This document shows positions 1 to 6,845 of a stretch of 38,657 bases of DNA, piece after piece. This DNA comes from Barnesiella intestinihominis (GTDB taxonomy: Bacteria; Verrucomicrobiota; Kiritimatiellia; RFP12; UBA1067). How positions within the stretch are numbered: position 1 is the first letter of the stretch; every line of letters begins with the position of its first letter. The position numbers and the translations under genes are program-made. The notes under the pieces are model-generated. The model did no database searches. It had not been told where the DNA came from and saw only the letters and a program-made list of their open reading frames with translations. The stretch spans positions 1 through 38,657 of the forward strand of contig CAVDWI010000002.1 of the NCBI GenBank assembly GCA_963612485.1. Reading direction: 5' to 3'.

Positions 1-170
1 CCCCCGCGGGAGGGACGCAACTTGTTGCGTCCGCGTCCCCCGGTCGCAGTAAACTGCGACCCTCCCGTGCGTCCGCGCCCCCCGCGGGAGGGACGCAACT
101 TGTTGCGTCCGCGTCCCCCGGTCGCAGTAAACTGCGACCCTCCCATGCATCCGCGCCCCCCCGGCTTTGC
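1..170. repeat. GC-rich palindromic mosaic repeat (REP/BIME-like), two tandem 78-bp units; may continue beyond the window start
   Basis: Unit starting CGCGGGAGGG recurs at 5 and 83 (period 78) with only two G>A differences (67/70 vs 145/148 region). Each unit holds hairpin GGACGCAAC-TT-GTTGCGTCC (13-32, 91-110) and hairpin GGTCGCAG-TAAA-CTGCGACC (42-61, 120-139). Reverse complement matches modules at 4403-4456 and 4765-4926. Confidence 0.85.
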
Positions 171-218
171 CACATTACGCGATCTCGAACCAGTTGTAGC
201 TGTGGCGGAAGCCGCCCC

Positions 219-1046
219 TCAATCCGTCAGGCCGAGCAGACGTATGGCGTTCGCGGCGAAAAGCGCGTCCCAGTCCGCTGGCACGCGGACGGATTTCACC
301 CACGAAACGGCTTCCGCGTAGTTCACCCACGGGAAGTCCGTGGCGAAGAGGATGCGATCCGTCGGCCAGCCGCGCAGGAGGCGAACCTCCTCGTCGCGGT
401 GCCAGTCGCGGTGGAGGGCGGACGTGTCGATGTAGCAGCCGAGCTCCAGCAGTTCGTCCGTCGCATGCGCGGGATAGCCCGCACAGCCGCCGAGATGTGC
501 CGCGATGAACTTCAGTCCATGGACGTTGCGGAGAAGCGTCGCGATTTCGGCGGGTCCGCACGCATCCGCCCGGTCGGGATAGCCGAGGTCGAGTCCGGCG
601 TGGCATTCCACGACAAGTCCGAGGTCGGCAACCGAACGGAACATCGGCCACACGGCGGGATCGGCGAGCGAGAAGTCCTGATAGTAGGGATGGAACTTGA
701 CGCCGCGAATGCCGGCGGCGGCGATGGCGCGCAGGTGCGGAACCAGTTCGGGGTCCTTCGGATGAACGGACGCGAACGGAATGATCCGCCGCCGGGCGCG
801 TTCGCCGAGTTCGCCGTTCGCAATCTGCAGGGCCGTGCGGAGAATCACGTTGAACTGGGCGGGCTTCGTGGCAATCGGGCACATCACGGCGCGATCCACC
901 CCGGCGAGTTCCATGCTGTCGAGCTGGTTCTCGAGCGTTCCGTCCCCAACGGGCCAGAGCACTCCCTCCGTCGCACGGCTCATCTGCGCAATGGCACGCG
1001 CCGCCACAATTCGGGGGAAATTGTGCGAATGGACGTCGATAATCAT
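219..1046 (-). CDS. Amidohydrolase-family (Amidohydro_2-like TIM-barrel) metal-dependent hydrolase
   Basis: 275-aa ORF. N-terminal MIIDVHSH (HxH metal motif) and C-terminal FATDFPW motif. ATG at 1046 lies 7 nt after the fucO stop. Confidence 0.75.
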   Translation of the reverse strand: MIIDVHSHNFPRIVAARAIAQMSRATEGVLWPVGDGTLENQLDSMELAGVDRAVMCPIATKPAQFNVILRTALQIANGELGERARRRIIPFASVHPKDPELVPHLRAIAAAGIRGVKFHPYYQDFSLADPAVWPMFRSVADLGLVVECHAGLDLGYPDRADACGPAEIATLLRNVHGLKFIAAHLGGCAGYPAHATDELLELGCYIDTSALHRDWHRDEEVRLLRGWPTDRILFATDFPWVNYAEAVSWVKSVRVPADWDALFAANAIRLLGLTD

Positions 1047-1052
1047 ATTGCC

Positions 1053-2198
1053 TTACGCGAGGGAGAGGTAGAGTTTCTCGATGTCCTTCACCGAGCAGTC
1101 GCGGGGATTGCCGGGGCGGCACGCATCGGCATACGCCGATTCGGCGAGGAACTTCACGTCTTCCTTCTTCAGCACGCCCTTCAGGTTCGTTGGGATGCCC
1201 ACGTCCTTCGACAGTTTCTCAACCGCCGCGATGGCGGCCTTGCGGGCTTCGGTAAGCGACATCTTCTCCACGCCCTTCACGCCCATTGCCGTTGCAATCG
1301 CACGATACTTGTTGCCCGTCTTCGGGGCATTGAACTTCATCGCCGTCGGCAGCAGAATCGCACACGCCTTGCCATGCGGCATGTCGTAGAGGGCCGAAAG
1401 GCCGTGCGCCATCGAATGGTCGATGCCAAGCCCCACGTTCGAGAAGCCCATGCCCGCGACATACTGGCCGAGCGCCATGCCCTCGCGGCCGGACGGCTTG
1501 TTCGCCACCGCGTCGCGCAGGTGAAGCGAAATCAGGCGAATCGCCTCAAGGTGCATGAAGTCCGTCATCGGACACGCCGCCTTTGTGATGTAGCCCTCGA
1601 TCGCGTGGGTCAGCGCGTCCATGCCCGTAAACGCCGTCAGCCCCTTCGGCATCGACGCCATCATCTCGGGATCGACGAACGCGACGACGGGGATGTCGTG
1701 CGGATCGACGCAGACGAACTTGCGGTGCTTCTCGACGTCGGTGATGACGTAGTTGATCGTCACTTCCGCCGCCGTGCCGGCCGTCGTCGGGACGGCGAGA
1801 ATCGGCTTGGACGGCTTCGTCGTCGCCGCGCACCCCTCGAGCGAGCGCACGTCTGCGAACTTCGGGTTCGCCATGATGATGCCGACCGCCTTCGCCGTAT
1901 CCATCGAACTGCCGCCGCCAATGGCAATGATCGAATCAGCCTTCGCCTTCCTGAACGCCTTCACGCCGTCCTTCACGTTCTGGATGGTCGGGTTCGGCTT
2001 GATTTCGGAATAGACCGCATACGCGACCTTCGCCTTGTCGAGAAGCGAAGTCACCTTCTTCGTCACGCCGAACTTGATGAGGTCGGGATCGGAGAATACA
2101 ATCGGCTTCTTCAGTCCCCGCGCCGCGAGTTCGGTGACGATTGCCGCAATCGCGCCCGCACCGTGATAGGAGGTTTCGTTGAGGATGATTCGATTCAT
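1053..2198 (-). CDS. fucO: Lactaldehyde reductase / 1,2-propanediol oxidoreductase (iron-containing alcohol dehydrogenase)
   Basis: 381 aa, colinear with E. coli FucO as recalled. Shared motifs: ILNET..GxGA, IAIGGGS..DTAKA, ADVRSLEG, PTTAGTAAEVTINYVITD, RKFVCVDPHDIP, GMGFSNVGLG, GNPR near the C-terminus. Confidence 0.85.
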   Translation of the reverse strand: MNRIILNETSYHGAGAIAAIVTELAARGLKKPIVFSDPDLIKFGVTKKVTSLLDKAKVAYAVYSEIKPNPTIQNVKDGVKAFRKAKADSIIAIGGGSSMDTAKAVGIIMANPKFADVRSLEGCAATTKPSKPILAVPTTAGTAAEVTINYVITDVEKHRKFVCVDPHDIPVVAFVDPEMMASMPKGLTAFTGMDALTHAIEGYITKAACPMTDFMHLEAIRLISLHLRDAVANKPSGREGMALGQYVAGMGFSNVGLGIDHSMAHGLSALYDMPHGKACAILLPTAMKFNAPKTGNKYRAIATAMGVKGVEKMSLTEARKAAIAAVEKLSKDVGIPTNLKGVLKKEDVKFLAESAYADACRPGNPRDCSVKDIEKLYLSLA

Positions 2199-2219
2199 TT
2201 GCTTATTCCTTTCGTTTGG

Positions 2220-2696
2220 TTAAAAGACAAGCCAGACCAGCAGCCAGTTGACCGCCAGCGAGTAGAGATTGGCGAGAAAGTCGTCAATCACAATGCCGCG
2301 CCCGCCGGGGATGGACTGCAACTGCCGCGCCGGCGGCGGCTTGACGATGTCCATCGCACGGACGACGCAGAAGAAAACCAGCATCGACCACCATGGGAGC
2401 GAAAGGAGCGGAATGCCGACGAACGAAATCGGGTAGAGCATCCACTCGTCCGCCGTAATCCGCCCGTCGTCCTTGATGCCGAGGGTCTTCTCGGCGCGGT
2501 CGCAAATCGGAATCGCCGCGAGGGTAAGCAGAAGGCAGAGCGGAATCTGCGCCCACGCCGGGAGGAAGGCAAGCGCATAGGCAAGCGCGACACCCGGCAG
2601 ACTGCCGAACGTCCCGGGCGCGAACGGGGCGACAAGCCCCAGCCCGAACCCGGACGCGACAAGCAGATTCAACTTCTCGAACTTCGCTCCACCCAT
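2220..2696 (-). CDS. pgpA: Phosphatidylglycerophosphatase A
   Basis: Motifs SGFGLGL..APGTFGSLPG and DDGRITADEW plus hydrophobic segments match the PgpA family. ATG at 2696 (TTG alternative at 2699) abuts the symporter stop at 2700. Confidence 0.8.
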   Translation of the reverse strand: MGGAKFEKLNLLVASGFGLGLVAPFAPGTFGSLPGVALAYALAFLPAWAQIPLCLLLTLAAIPICDRAEKTLGIKDDGRITADEWMLYPISFVGIPLLSLPWWSMLVFFCVVRAMDIVKPPPARQLQSIPGGRGIVIDDFLANLYSLAVNWLLVWLVF

Positions 2697-2699
2697 CAA

Positions 2700-4223
2700 T
2701 TATTCGGTGATTTCGCCGTCCTTGAGACGCTTGAAGTAACTCCGCGTCTCCGCCACAACAACGCCCGAAAGCGCAATCAGGGCGATCATGTTCGGCACGG
2801 CCATCAGTCCGTTGAAGATGTCGGCGATTCCCCACACGGCGGAAATCGTCATGTAAGGCCCGATGAACACGGCGAGGATGTAGAGCCAGCGGTAGACGAA
2901 CACGGGGCCCATCCGCCCGTTCGTCAGGTATTCGAGGCAGCGCTCCGAATAATAGTCCCAGCCGAGAATCGTCGTGAAGCCGAAGAGCACGAGCGAAATC
3001 ATCACGAGCGCGTCGGTGACGACCGCCGGGAGGAACGGGATGCCCACGGCGAACGCCTTCATCGTCGCCTCCGCGCCCGTCGCGGCGCTCGCGCAGTAGA
3101 GTTCGGAAACGCCCTTGAACGATTCCGCCGAAACGGGCTGGCTCGTCATGGTCAGCGCAAGCCCCGTCATCGAGCAGACGATGATCGTGTCGAGGAACGT
3201 GCCGGTCATGGAGACGAGACCCTGACGCACGCACTCCTTCGTCTGCGCCGCCGCCGCCGCGATTGGCGCGGAGCCGAGACCCGCCTCGTTCGAGAAGATG
3301 CCGCGCGCGATGCCCTTCTGCATCGCCACGATGATCGCGCCGACGACGCCGCCCGCCGCCGCCTGGAAGCCGAACGCGCTCTTGACGATCGTCAGGAACG
3401 CCCCGGGGATCGCCTTGTAGTTGTAGCACACGAGGATCATCGCGAACGCCACGTAGAGGACGACCATGAGCGGGATCACCTTCTCGCTCACCTTCGCGAT
3501 GCGCTTCAGTCCGCCGATCAGCACGAGCCCGACGACGACCGCGAGAATGACGGACGCGATCACGGTCGACCAGCTGTAGGCGTTGCCGAGGATCGTCACG
3601 GCGCATTCCGTGTTCGGGTCGAAGAACTGCTTGATCGAACCGCAGATCGAGTTCACCTGCGAGAACGTGCCGATGCCGAAGAGGCCGACGCAGCACCCGA
3701 AGAACGCGAAGATGCAGGCGAGCCACTTCCACCGCTTGCCCATGCCGCGCTCGATGTAGTAGAACGGCCCGCCGAGAACGTGACCCGTCTCGGGGTCGTG
3801 GTCGCGGTATTTCACCGCGAGCAAGCCCTCGGCGTATTTCGTCGCCATGCCGAAGAGCGCGGCAACCCACATCCAGAACAGCGCACCGGGACCGCCCGCC
3901 ACGTACGCCGTCGCCACGCCCACGATGTTGCCCGTGCCGATTGTCGCCGAAAGCGCCGTGCAGAGCGCACCGAAACTCGTCACCTCGCCCTTCGCACCGT
4001 GCTCGACCTTCTCGTTCTTGAACATATACCGGAGCGCACGCGGCAATTGGATGAATTGCATTCCGCCCAGTCTGATTGTCAGGAAGATTCCCCCGAAGAG
4101 AATCAGTATAATAAGGAGTGGAACGGGGAATCCCCCGACCTCGAATGAGGTGCCCCAAACCTTGTCGTCCACAAGATTCACGTAGTCCGTGAATCGATCC
4201 AGCCACGTCGCCGTCGCCAACAT
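2700..4223 (-). CDS. Alanine/glycine:cation symporter (AGCS family)
   Basis: 507-aa polytopic ORF with LSATIGTGNIVGVATA..GGPGALFWMW, the AGCS signature. Preceded by a glycine riboswitch. Confidence 0.9.
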   Translation of the reverse strand: MLATATWLDRFTDYVNLVDDKVWGTSFEVGGFPVPLLIILILFGGIFLTIRLGGMQFIQLPRALRYMFKNEKVEHGAKGEVTSFGALCTALSATIGTGNIVGVATAYVAGGPGALFWMWVAALFGMATKYAEGLLAVKYRDHDPETGHVLGGPFYYIERGMGKRWKWLACIFAFFGCCVGLFGIGTFSQVNSICGSIKQFFDPNTECAVTILGNAYSWSTVIASVILAVVVGLVLIGGLKRIAKVSEKVIPLMVVLYVAFAMILVCYNYKAIPGAFLTIVKSAFGFQAAAGGVVGAIIVAMQKGIARGIFSNEAGLGSAPIAAAAAQTKECVRQGLVSMTGTFLDTIIVCSMTGLALTMTSQPVSAESFKGVSELYCASAATGAEATMKAFAVGIPFLPAVVTDALVMISLVLFGFTTILGWDYYSERCLEYLTNGRMGPVFVYRWLYILAVFIGPYMTISAVWGIADIFNGLMAVPNMIALIALSGVVVAETRSYFKRLKDGEITE

Positions 4224-4234
4224 GAGTACTTTTA

Positions 4235-4346
4235 CTACCTTTCCGTCCTTTTGCCTGAGAGATTGCCCGCGACCCTTTTCGCGAACTTACACCTTCGGCA
4301 CCCGACACCATGTCGGGCTTCTCCGGACACCGCATCTGCGGTACTC
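4235..4346 (-). promoter_or_regulatory. Glycine riboswitch, single aptamer, in the 5' leader of the AGCS symporter
   Basis: Minus-strand transcript reads ..CCGGAGAAGCCCGACAUGGUGUCGGGUGCCGAAGGUGUAAGUUCGCGAAAAGGGUCGCGGGCAAUCUCUCAGGCAAAAGGACGG.. It contains the conserved GGAGA, (C)CGAAGG and CUCAGGCAAAAGGAC cores (plus-strand 4319-4324, 4292-4298, 4245-4259). Hairpins lie between them: CCCGACA/UGUCGGG and CGCGA/UCGCG. Confidence 0.75.
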
Positions 4347-4352
4347 TTCTAT

Positions 4353-4361
4353 ATTATACCA
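4353..4361 (-). promoter_or_regulatory. Extended -10 promoter element TGGTATAAT (drives riboswitch + symporter)
   Basis: Plus strand ATTATACCA is TGGTATAAT on the minus strand, in an AT-rich patch about 7 nt upstream of where the riboswitch sequence begins. Confidence 0.6.
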
Positions 4362-4402
4362 AATTTTTCGTTGCTTCAGCAGCGGTGCCGTTTTGGGCTG
4401 TA

Positions 4403-4456
4403 GGGGGGGGCGCGGACGCACGGGAGGGGCGCAGTTTACTGCGACCGCTCCCCCCT
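4403..4456. repeat. GC-rich REP-like module, opposite orientation to copies at 1-170
   Basis: GGGGGGGGCGCGGACGCACGGGAGGGGCGCAGTTTACTGCGACCGCTCCCCCC. The 25-nt core GGGAGGGGCGCAGTTTACTGCGACC (4422-4446) recurs exactly at 4775-4799 and 4901-4925. Confidence 0.85.
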
Positions 4457-4476
4457 CTGGAAGGCCCCTCACTGAT

Positions 4477-4592
4477 GGTCAAAACAAACATCACTGATGT
4501 TTGGGGTAAACATCACTGATGTTTGGGTCAAACATCAGTGCACTTTGGGTCAAACATCAGTGCACTTTGGGTCAAACATCAGTGATGTTTTT
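4477..4592. repeat. Five tandem about 22-bp repeats with internal palindromes (iteron- or operator-like array)
   Basis: Units start at 4477, 4503, 4525, 4547 and 4569. Consensus is GGGTCAAACATCAsTGATGTTT. Units 1, 2 and 5 carry the palindrome AACATCA(C/G)TGATGTT. Units 3 and 4 are identical and carry AGTGCACT instead. The array ends in a T-run. Confidence 0.9.
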
Positions 4593-4696
4593 TAGCCCAA
4601 TAAATAAAGGGGTTGCGGCGTGTGAAGCCAGAAGTCGTTTTTTCGCGTTTTTCGTGAAAAATGACAAGTTATCGCATTTCAGTTCGTGGTTTTTCC

Positions 4697-4743
4697 TTAA
4701 TTTGCAATTTTCATCGGTTTTAATCATTAATCTGCAATTTTCA
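4697..4743. repeat. 17-bp direct repeat pair TTAAT(T/C)TGCAATTTTCA in an AT-rich segment
   Basis: Copies at 4697-4713 and 4727-4743 with one mismatch and 30-bp spacing. Confidence 0.85.
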
Positions 4744-4764
4744 AATCTCTCTTACACAAGAAGG

Positions 4765-4926
4765 GCGGGGTAAGGGGAGGGGCGCAGTTTACTGCGACCG
4801 GGGAGCGCGGACGCAACAAGTTGCGTCCCTCCCGTCGGGAACGCGGACGCGCGGGAACGCGGACGCACGGGAACGCGGACGCACGGGAACGCGGACACAC
4901 GGGAGGGGCGCAGTTTACTGCGACCG
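4765..4926. repeat. GC-rich REP/BIME-like mosaic including a 4 x 16-bp tandem array
   Basis: Order: core hairpin module (4775-4799), GGACGCAACAAGTTGCGTCC hairpin (4809-4828), four tandem 16-mers GGGAACGCGGACGC(G/A)C at 4837-4900, then a second core module (4901-4925). Same modules as 1-170 in reverse complement. Confidence 0.85.
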
Positions 4927-4991
4927 AAACCGGGCGCACGGGTCTGGCGACACCCGACCGAGCCACTTGGTAAACTTCAATCGATTCCCTA

Positions 4992-5020
4992 TTGCGCTTC
5001 GGTGTCAGATTGTGTATAAT
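4992..5020 (+). promoter_or_regulatory. Candidate sigma-70 promoter of mraZ with flanking direct repeats
   Basis: TTGCGC (4992-4997), 17-nt spacer, TATAAT (5015-5020). The ATG at 5032 is only 11 nt downstream. GTGTCAGA occurs at 5002-5009 and 5022-5029, flanking the -10. Confidence 0.55.
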
Positions 5021-5031
5021 AGTGTCAGAAA

Positions 5032-5517
5032 ATGTCAAAGGTAGGCAAACAGATTGTCGCGGAGTCGACGGGCACAACATCGGGCGTCCTTGTGGGGCGC
5101 GTCGATCATGCGCTTGACCCCAAGAAGCGGTTCACCATTCCCAGCGAATGGCGAGCGGTGATGGGGAATCCCGACTACGTGTACGTGATGCCGGATGCTG
5201 AAAATCGCTGCCTGAATCTCGTGCCGAAGGCCGAGATGGAGGCGCGGCTTGAGAAGCTTCGCGAGAAGGCGCTCTTTGATCCGGCGCTGAACCGCGCGCT
5301 TCAGACCATCGGCGAGAACTCTGAACAGCTTCCCCTTGACATACAGGGCCGAATCCGCGTCTGCGACAAGCTCCTTCGGTTTGCGAACTTGACGACGACG
5401 GTTGCGATGGTGGGTTCGGTTCGCATGATCAAGTTGTGGGATCCGGCTGCGCTGGGCGCGGCGGAGACGGTGGATCAGGCGAGCCTCGCGGCGGCGCTCA
5501 ATTCCGTTGGGTTCTAA
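5032..5517 (+). CDS. mraZ: Transcriptional regulator MraZ
   Basis: 161 aa with two MraZ-type repeats carrying DxxxR motifs (DPKKRFTIP, DIQGRIRV). First gene ahead of rsmH. Confidence 0.9.
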   Translation: MSKVGKQIVAESTGTTSGVLVGRVDHALDPKKRFTIPSEWRAVMGNPDYVYVMPDAENRCLNLVPKAEMEARLEKLREKALFDPALNRALQTIGENSEQLPLDIQGRIRVCDKLLRFANLTTTVAMVGSVRMIKLWDPAALGAAETVDQASLAAALNSVGF

Positions 5518-5520
5518 CCG

Positions 5521-6426
5521 ATGTGCCACGTGCCCGTATTGCTGAACGAGACGATTGAGCGGCTTGAGGTCAGGCCGGGCGGGCGGTATGTCGATGGTAC
5601 GCTCGGGCGCGCTGGGCACGCGCGGGCGGTCGTCGAACGCGGCGGACTGGTTCTCGGGATCGACCGCGACGAACAGGCGATTGACGAGGTTGCCGCGCTC
5701 GGGCTGAAGAACCTGAAGGCGGTTCGCGGCAATCACGGTGACTTGAAGAAGGTGGCAAATGAAAATGGATGGGACGAGGTCGATGGGATTCTGCTGGACT
5801 TGGGTGTGTCGAGTCCTCAACTGGATGAAGCCGGACGTGGGTTCAGCTTTCTCCGCGAGGGACCCCTTGACATGCGGATGGATCGGTCGGGCGGCGTAAG
5901 CGCGGCGGACTTGGTCAACGGCGAAAGCGAGGAGCGTCTGGCGGAAATCTTCCGCGACTGGGGCGAAGAGCCGCAAGCGCGGCGAATCGCACGAGCGATT
6001 GTGAAGGCGCGTGAAGAGGGCGTGCGCTTCCGGACGACGAAGGAACTGGCGGACTTCATCGAACGTCTGGTCGGGCGGCGCGGCGCCCATCATCCGGCGA
6101 CGCGCGTCTTCCAGGCGCTGCGCATGGAGACGAACGACGAGATGGGCGAACTGCGGCGGGCGTTGGAAGGCGGGCTCGAGCTGCTCAGGCGCGGCGGGCG
6201 ATTCGCCGTCATCACCTTCGAGAGCATCACTGACCGCGCGGTGAAGCAGTTCTTCGCCGCGCATGCCGGGCGCAATGTGTCGCTTCAGCAGGGAGGTGTC
6301 GAATGGCGCGGCGAACTGCCGAAGGTCGGCATCGTGACGAAAAGGGCGGTTGTCGCCGCCGATGAGGAACTTGAGGTAAATCCGCGGGCGAGGAGCGCGA
6401 AACTCCGCGTTGCGGAAAAGGAGTGA
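5521..6426 (+). CDS. rsmH: 16S rRNA (cytosine1402-N4)-methyltransferase
   Basis: HVPVLLNE, DGTLGRAGH, DLGVSSPQLD, GFSF and RVFQALR..NDE motifs, with dcw synteny. Confidence 0.93.
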   Translation: MCHVPVLLNETIERLEVRPGGRYVDGTLGRAGHARAVVERGGLVLGIDRDEQAIDEVAALGLKNLKAVRGNHGDLKKVANENGWDEVDGILLDLGVSSPQLDEAGRGFSFLREGPLDMRMDRSGGVSAADLVNGESEERLAEIFRDWGEEPQARRIARAIVKAREEGVRFRTTKELADFIERLVGRRGAHHPATRVFQALRMETNDEMGELRRALEGGLELLRRGGRFAVITFESITDRAVKQFFAAHAGRNVSLQQGGVEWRGELPKVGIVTKRAVVAADEELEVNPRARSAKLRVAEKE

Positions 6427-6431
6427 AAAAA

Positions 6432-6833
6432 ATGAGAAAGAACCGTAAGAGGTCGAAGAAAATGTCAGTCATGCGGTCGCACTCGGTGCATGTCTGCGCG
6501 GTGATTATGATGCTTTTCGTGATGGTAATCGTCAATCTGCTGGCGTCGTCGAGTTGCGACCAGCTCATGAAGTCGATTGGCGAGAAGGAGCGCCAGCTCC
6601 TGAAACTGGAGGACGAATACGTCCGCGAGAGTGCGCGGTGGGAAGGGATGCTGACGGCGAAGAACATCGAGCGGGCGCTTGCCAGCCGTGGCATGGCGAT
6701 GCACACGCCGCGCGCGGCGCAGATTATCCGTATGGGAGCGGACGGTCAGCCGATGCCCGGCCAGTTCTCCGTCGCCCGTGCCGAACAGCGCGCGAAGACG
6801 CGCATGACGGCGTACAACTCAAGAGCTCGCTGA
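6432..6833 (+). CDS. FtsL-like small bitopic cell-division protein
   Basis: Basic N-terminus, one TM segment (VCAVIMMLFVMVIVNLLA) followed by a helical KERQLLKLEDEY stretch. Sits between rsmH and ftsI. A GTG at 6423 overlapping the rsmH TGA is an alternative start. Confidence 0.6.
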   Translation: MRKNRKRSKKMSVMRSHSVHVCAVIMMLFVMVIVNLLASSSCDQLMKSIGEKERQLLKLEDEYVRESARWEGMLTAKNIERALASRGMAMHTPRAAQIIRMGADGQPMPGQFSVARAEQRAKTRMTAYNSRAR

Positions 6834-6845
6834 TGGAATGGCGTG

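Noticed and set aside
1-170. CRISPR array interpretation of the GC-rich hairpin repeats (also 4403-4926) and of the 22-bp tandem array at 4477-4592.
   Set aside because: The repeated units are contiguous, so there are no unique spacers between them. The 78-bp units are near-identical along their whole length, and no cas genes are present.
399-4148. Very long ORFs on the opposite strand or in an off frame of recognised genes. Examples: 399..4148 (1249 aa), 2284..4335, 5035..6264, 14358..15860, 15805..17484, 18485..20563, 22233..23333, 23224..24861, 26069..27304, 27937..29487, 31871..33802, 36022..37182.
   Set aside because: Their translations are Arg/Gly/Ala/Pro/His-rich low-complexity strings with no family motifs. 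Each overlaps an ORF with clear conserved motifs. Long stop-free antisense frames are expected in high-GC DNA.
4224-4352. A tandem (two-aptamer) glycine riboswitch.
   Set aside because: Only one set of the conserved cores (GGAGA / CCGAAGG / CUCAGGCAAAAGGAC) fits between the -10 element and the start codon. About 110 nt is too short for two aptamers.
4457-4770. Chromosomal oriC or a plasmid-type iteron origin.
   Set aside because: I find no DnaA-box matches (TTATCCACA/TGTGGATAA); the closest is TTATCGCAT. No dnaA, dnaN, rep or par genes lie nearby. It is kept only as one hypothesis in the finding, not as a feature call.
4519-4773. 84-aa ORF inside the AT-rich cassette (MFGSNISALWVKHQ...).
   Set aside because: It starts inside the tandem repeat array, so part of the peptide is a repeat translation. 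It has no SD and no recognisable motif, and its composition simply reflects AT-rich DNA. A small protein cannot be fully excluded.
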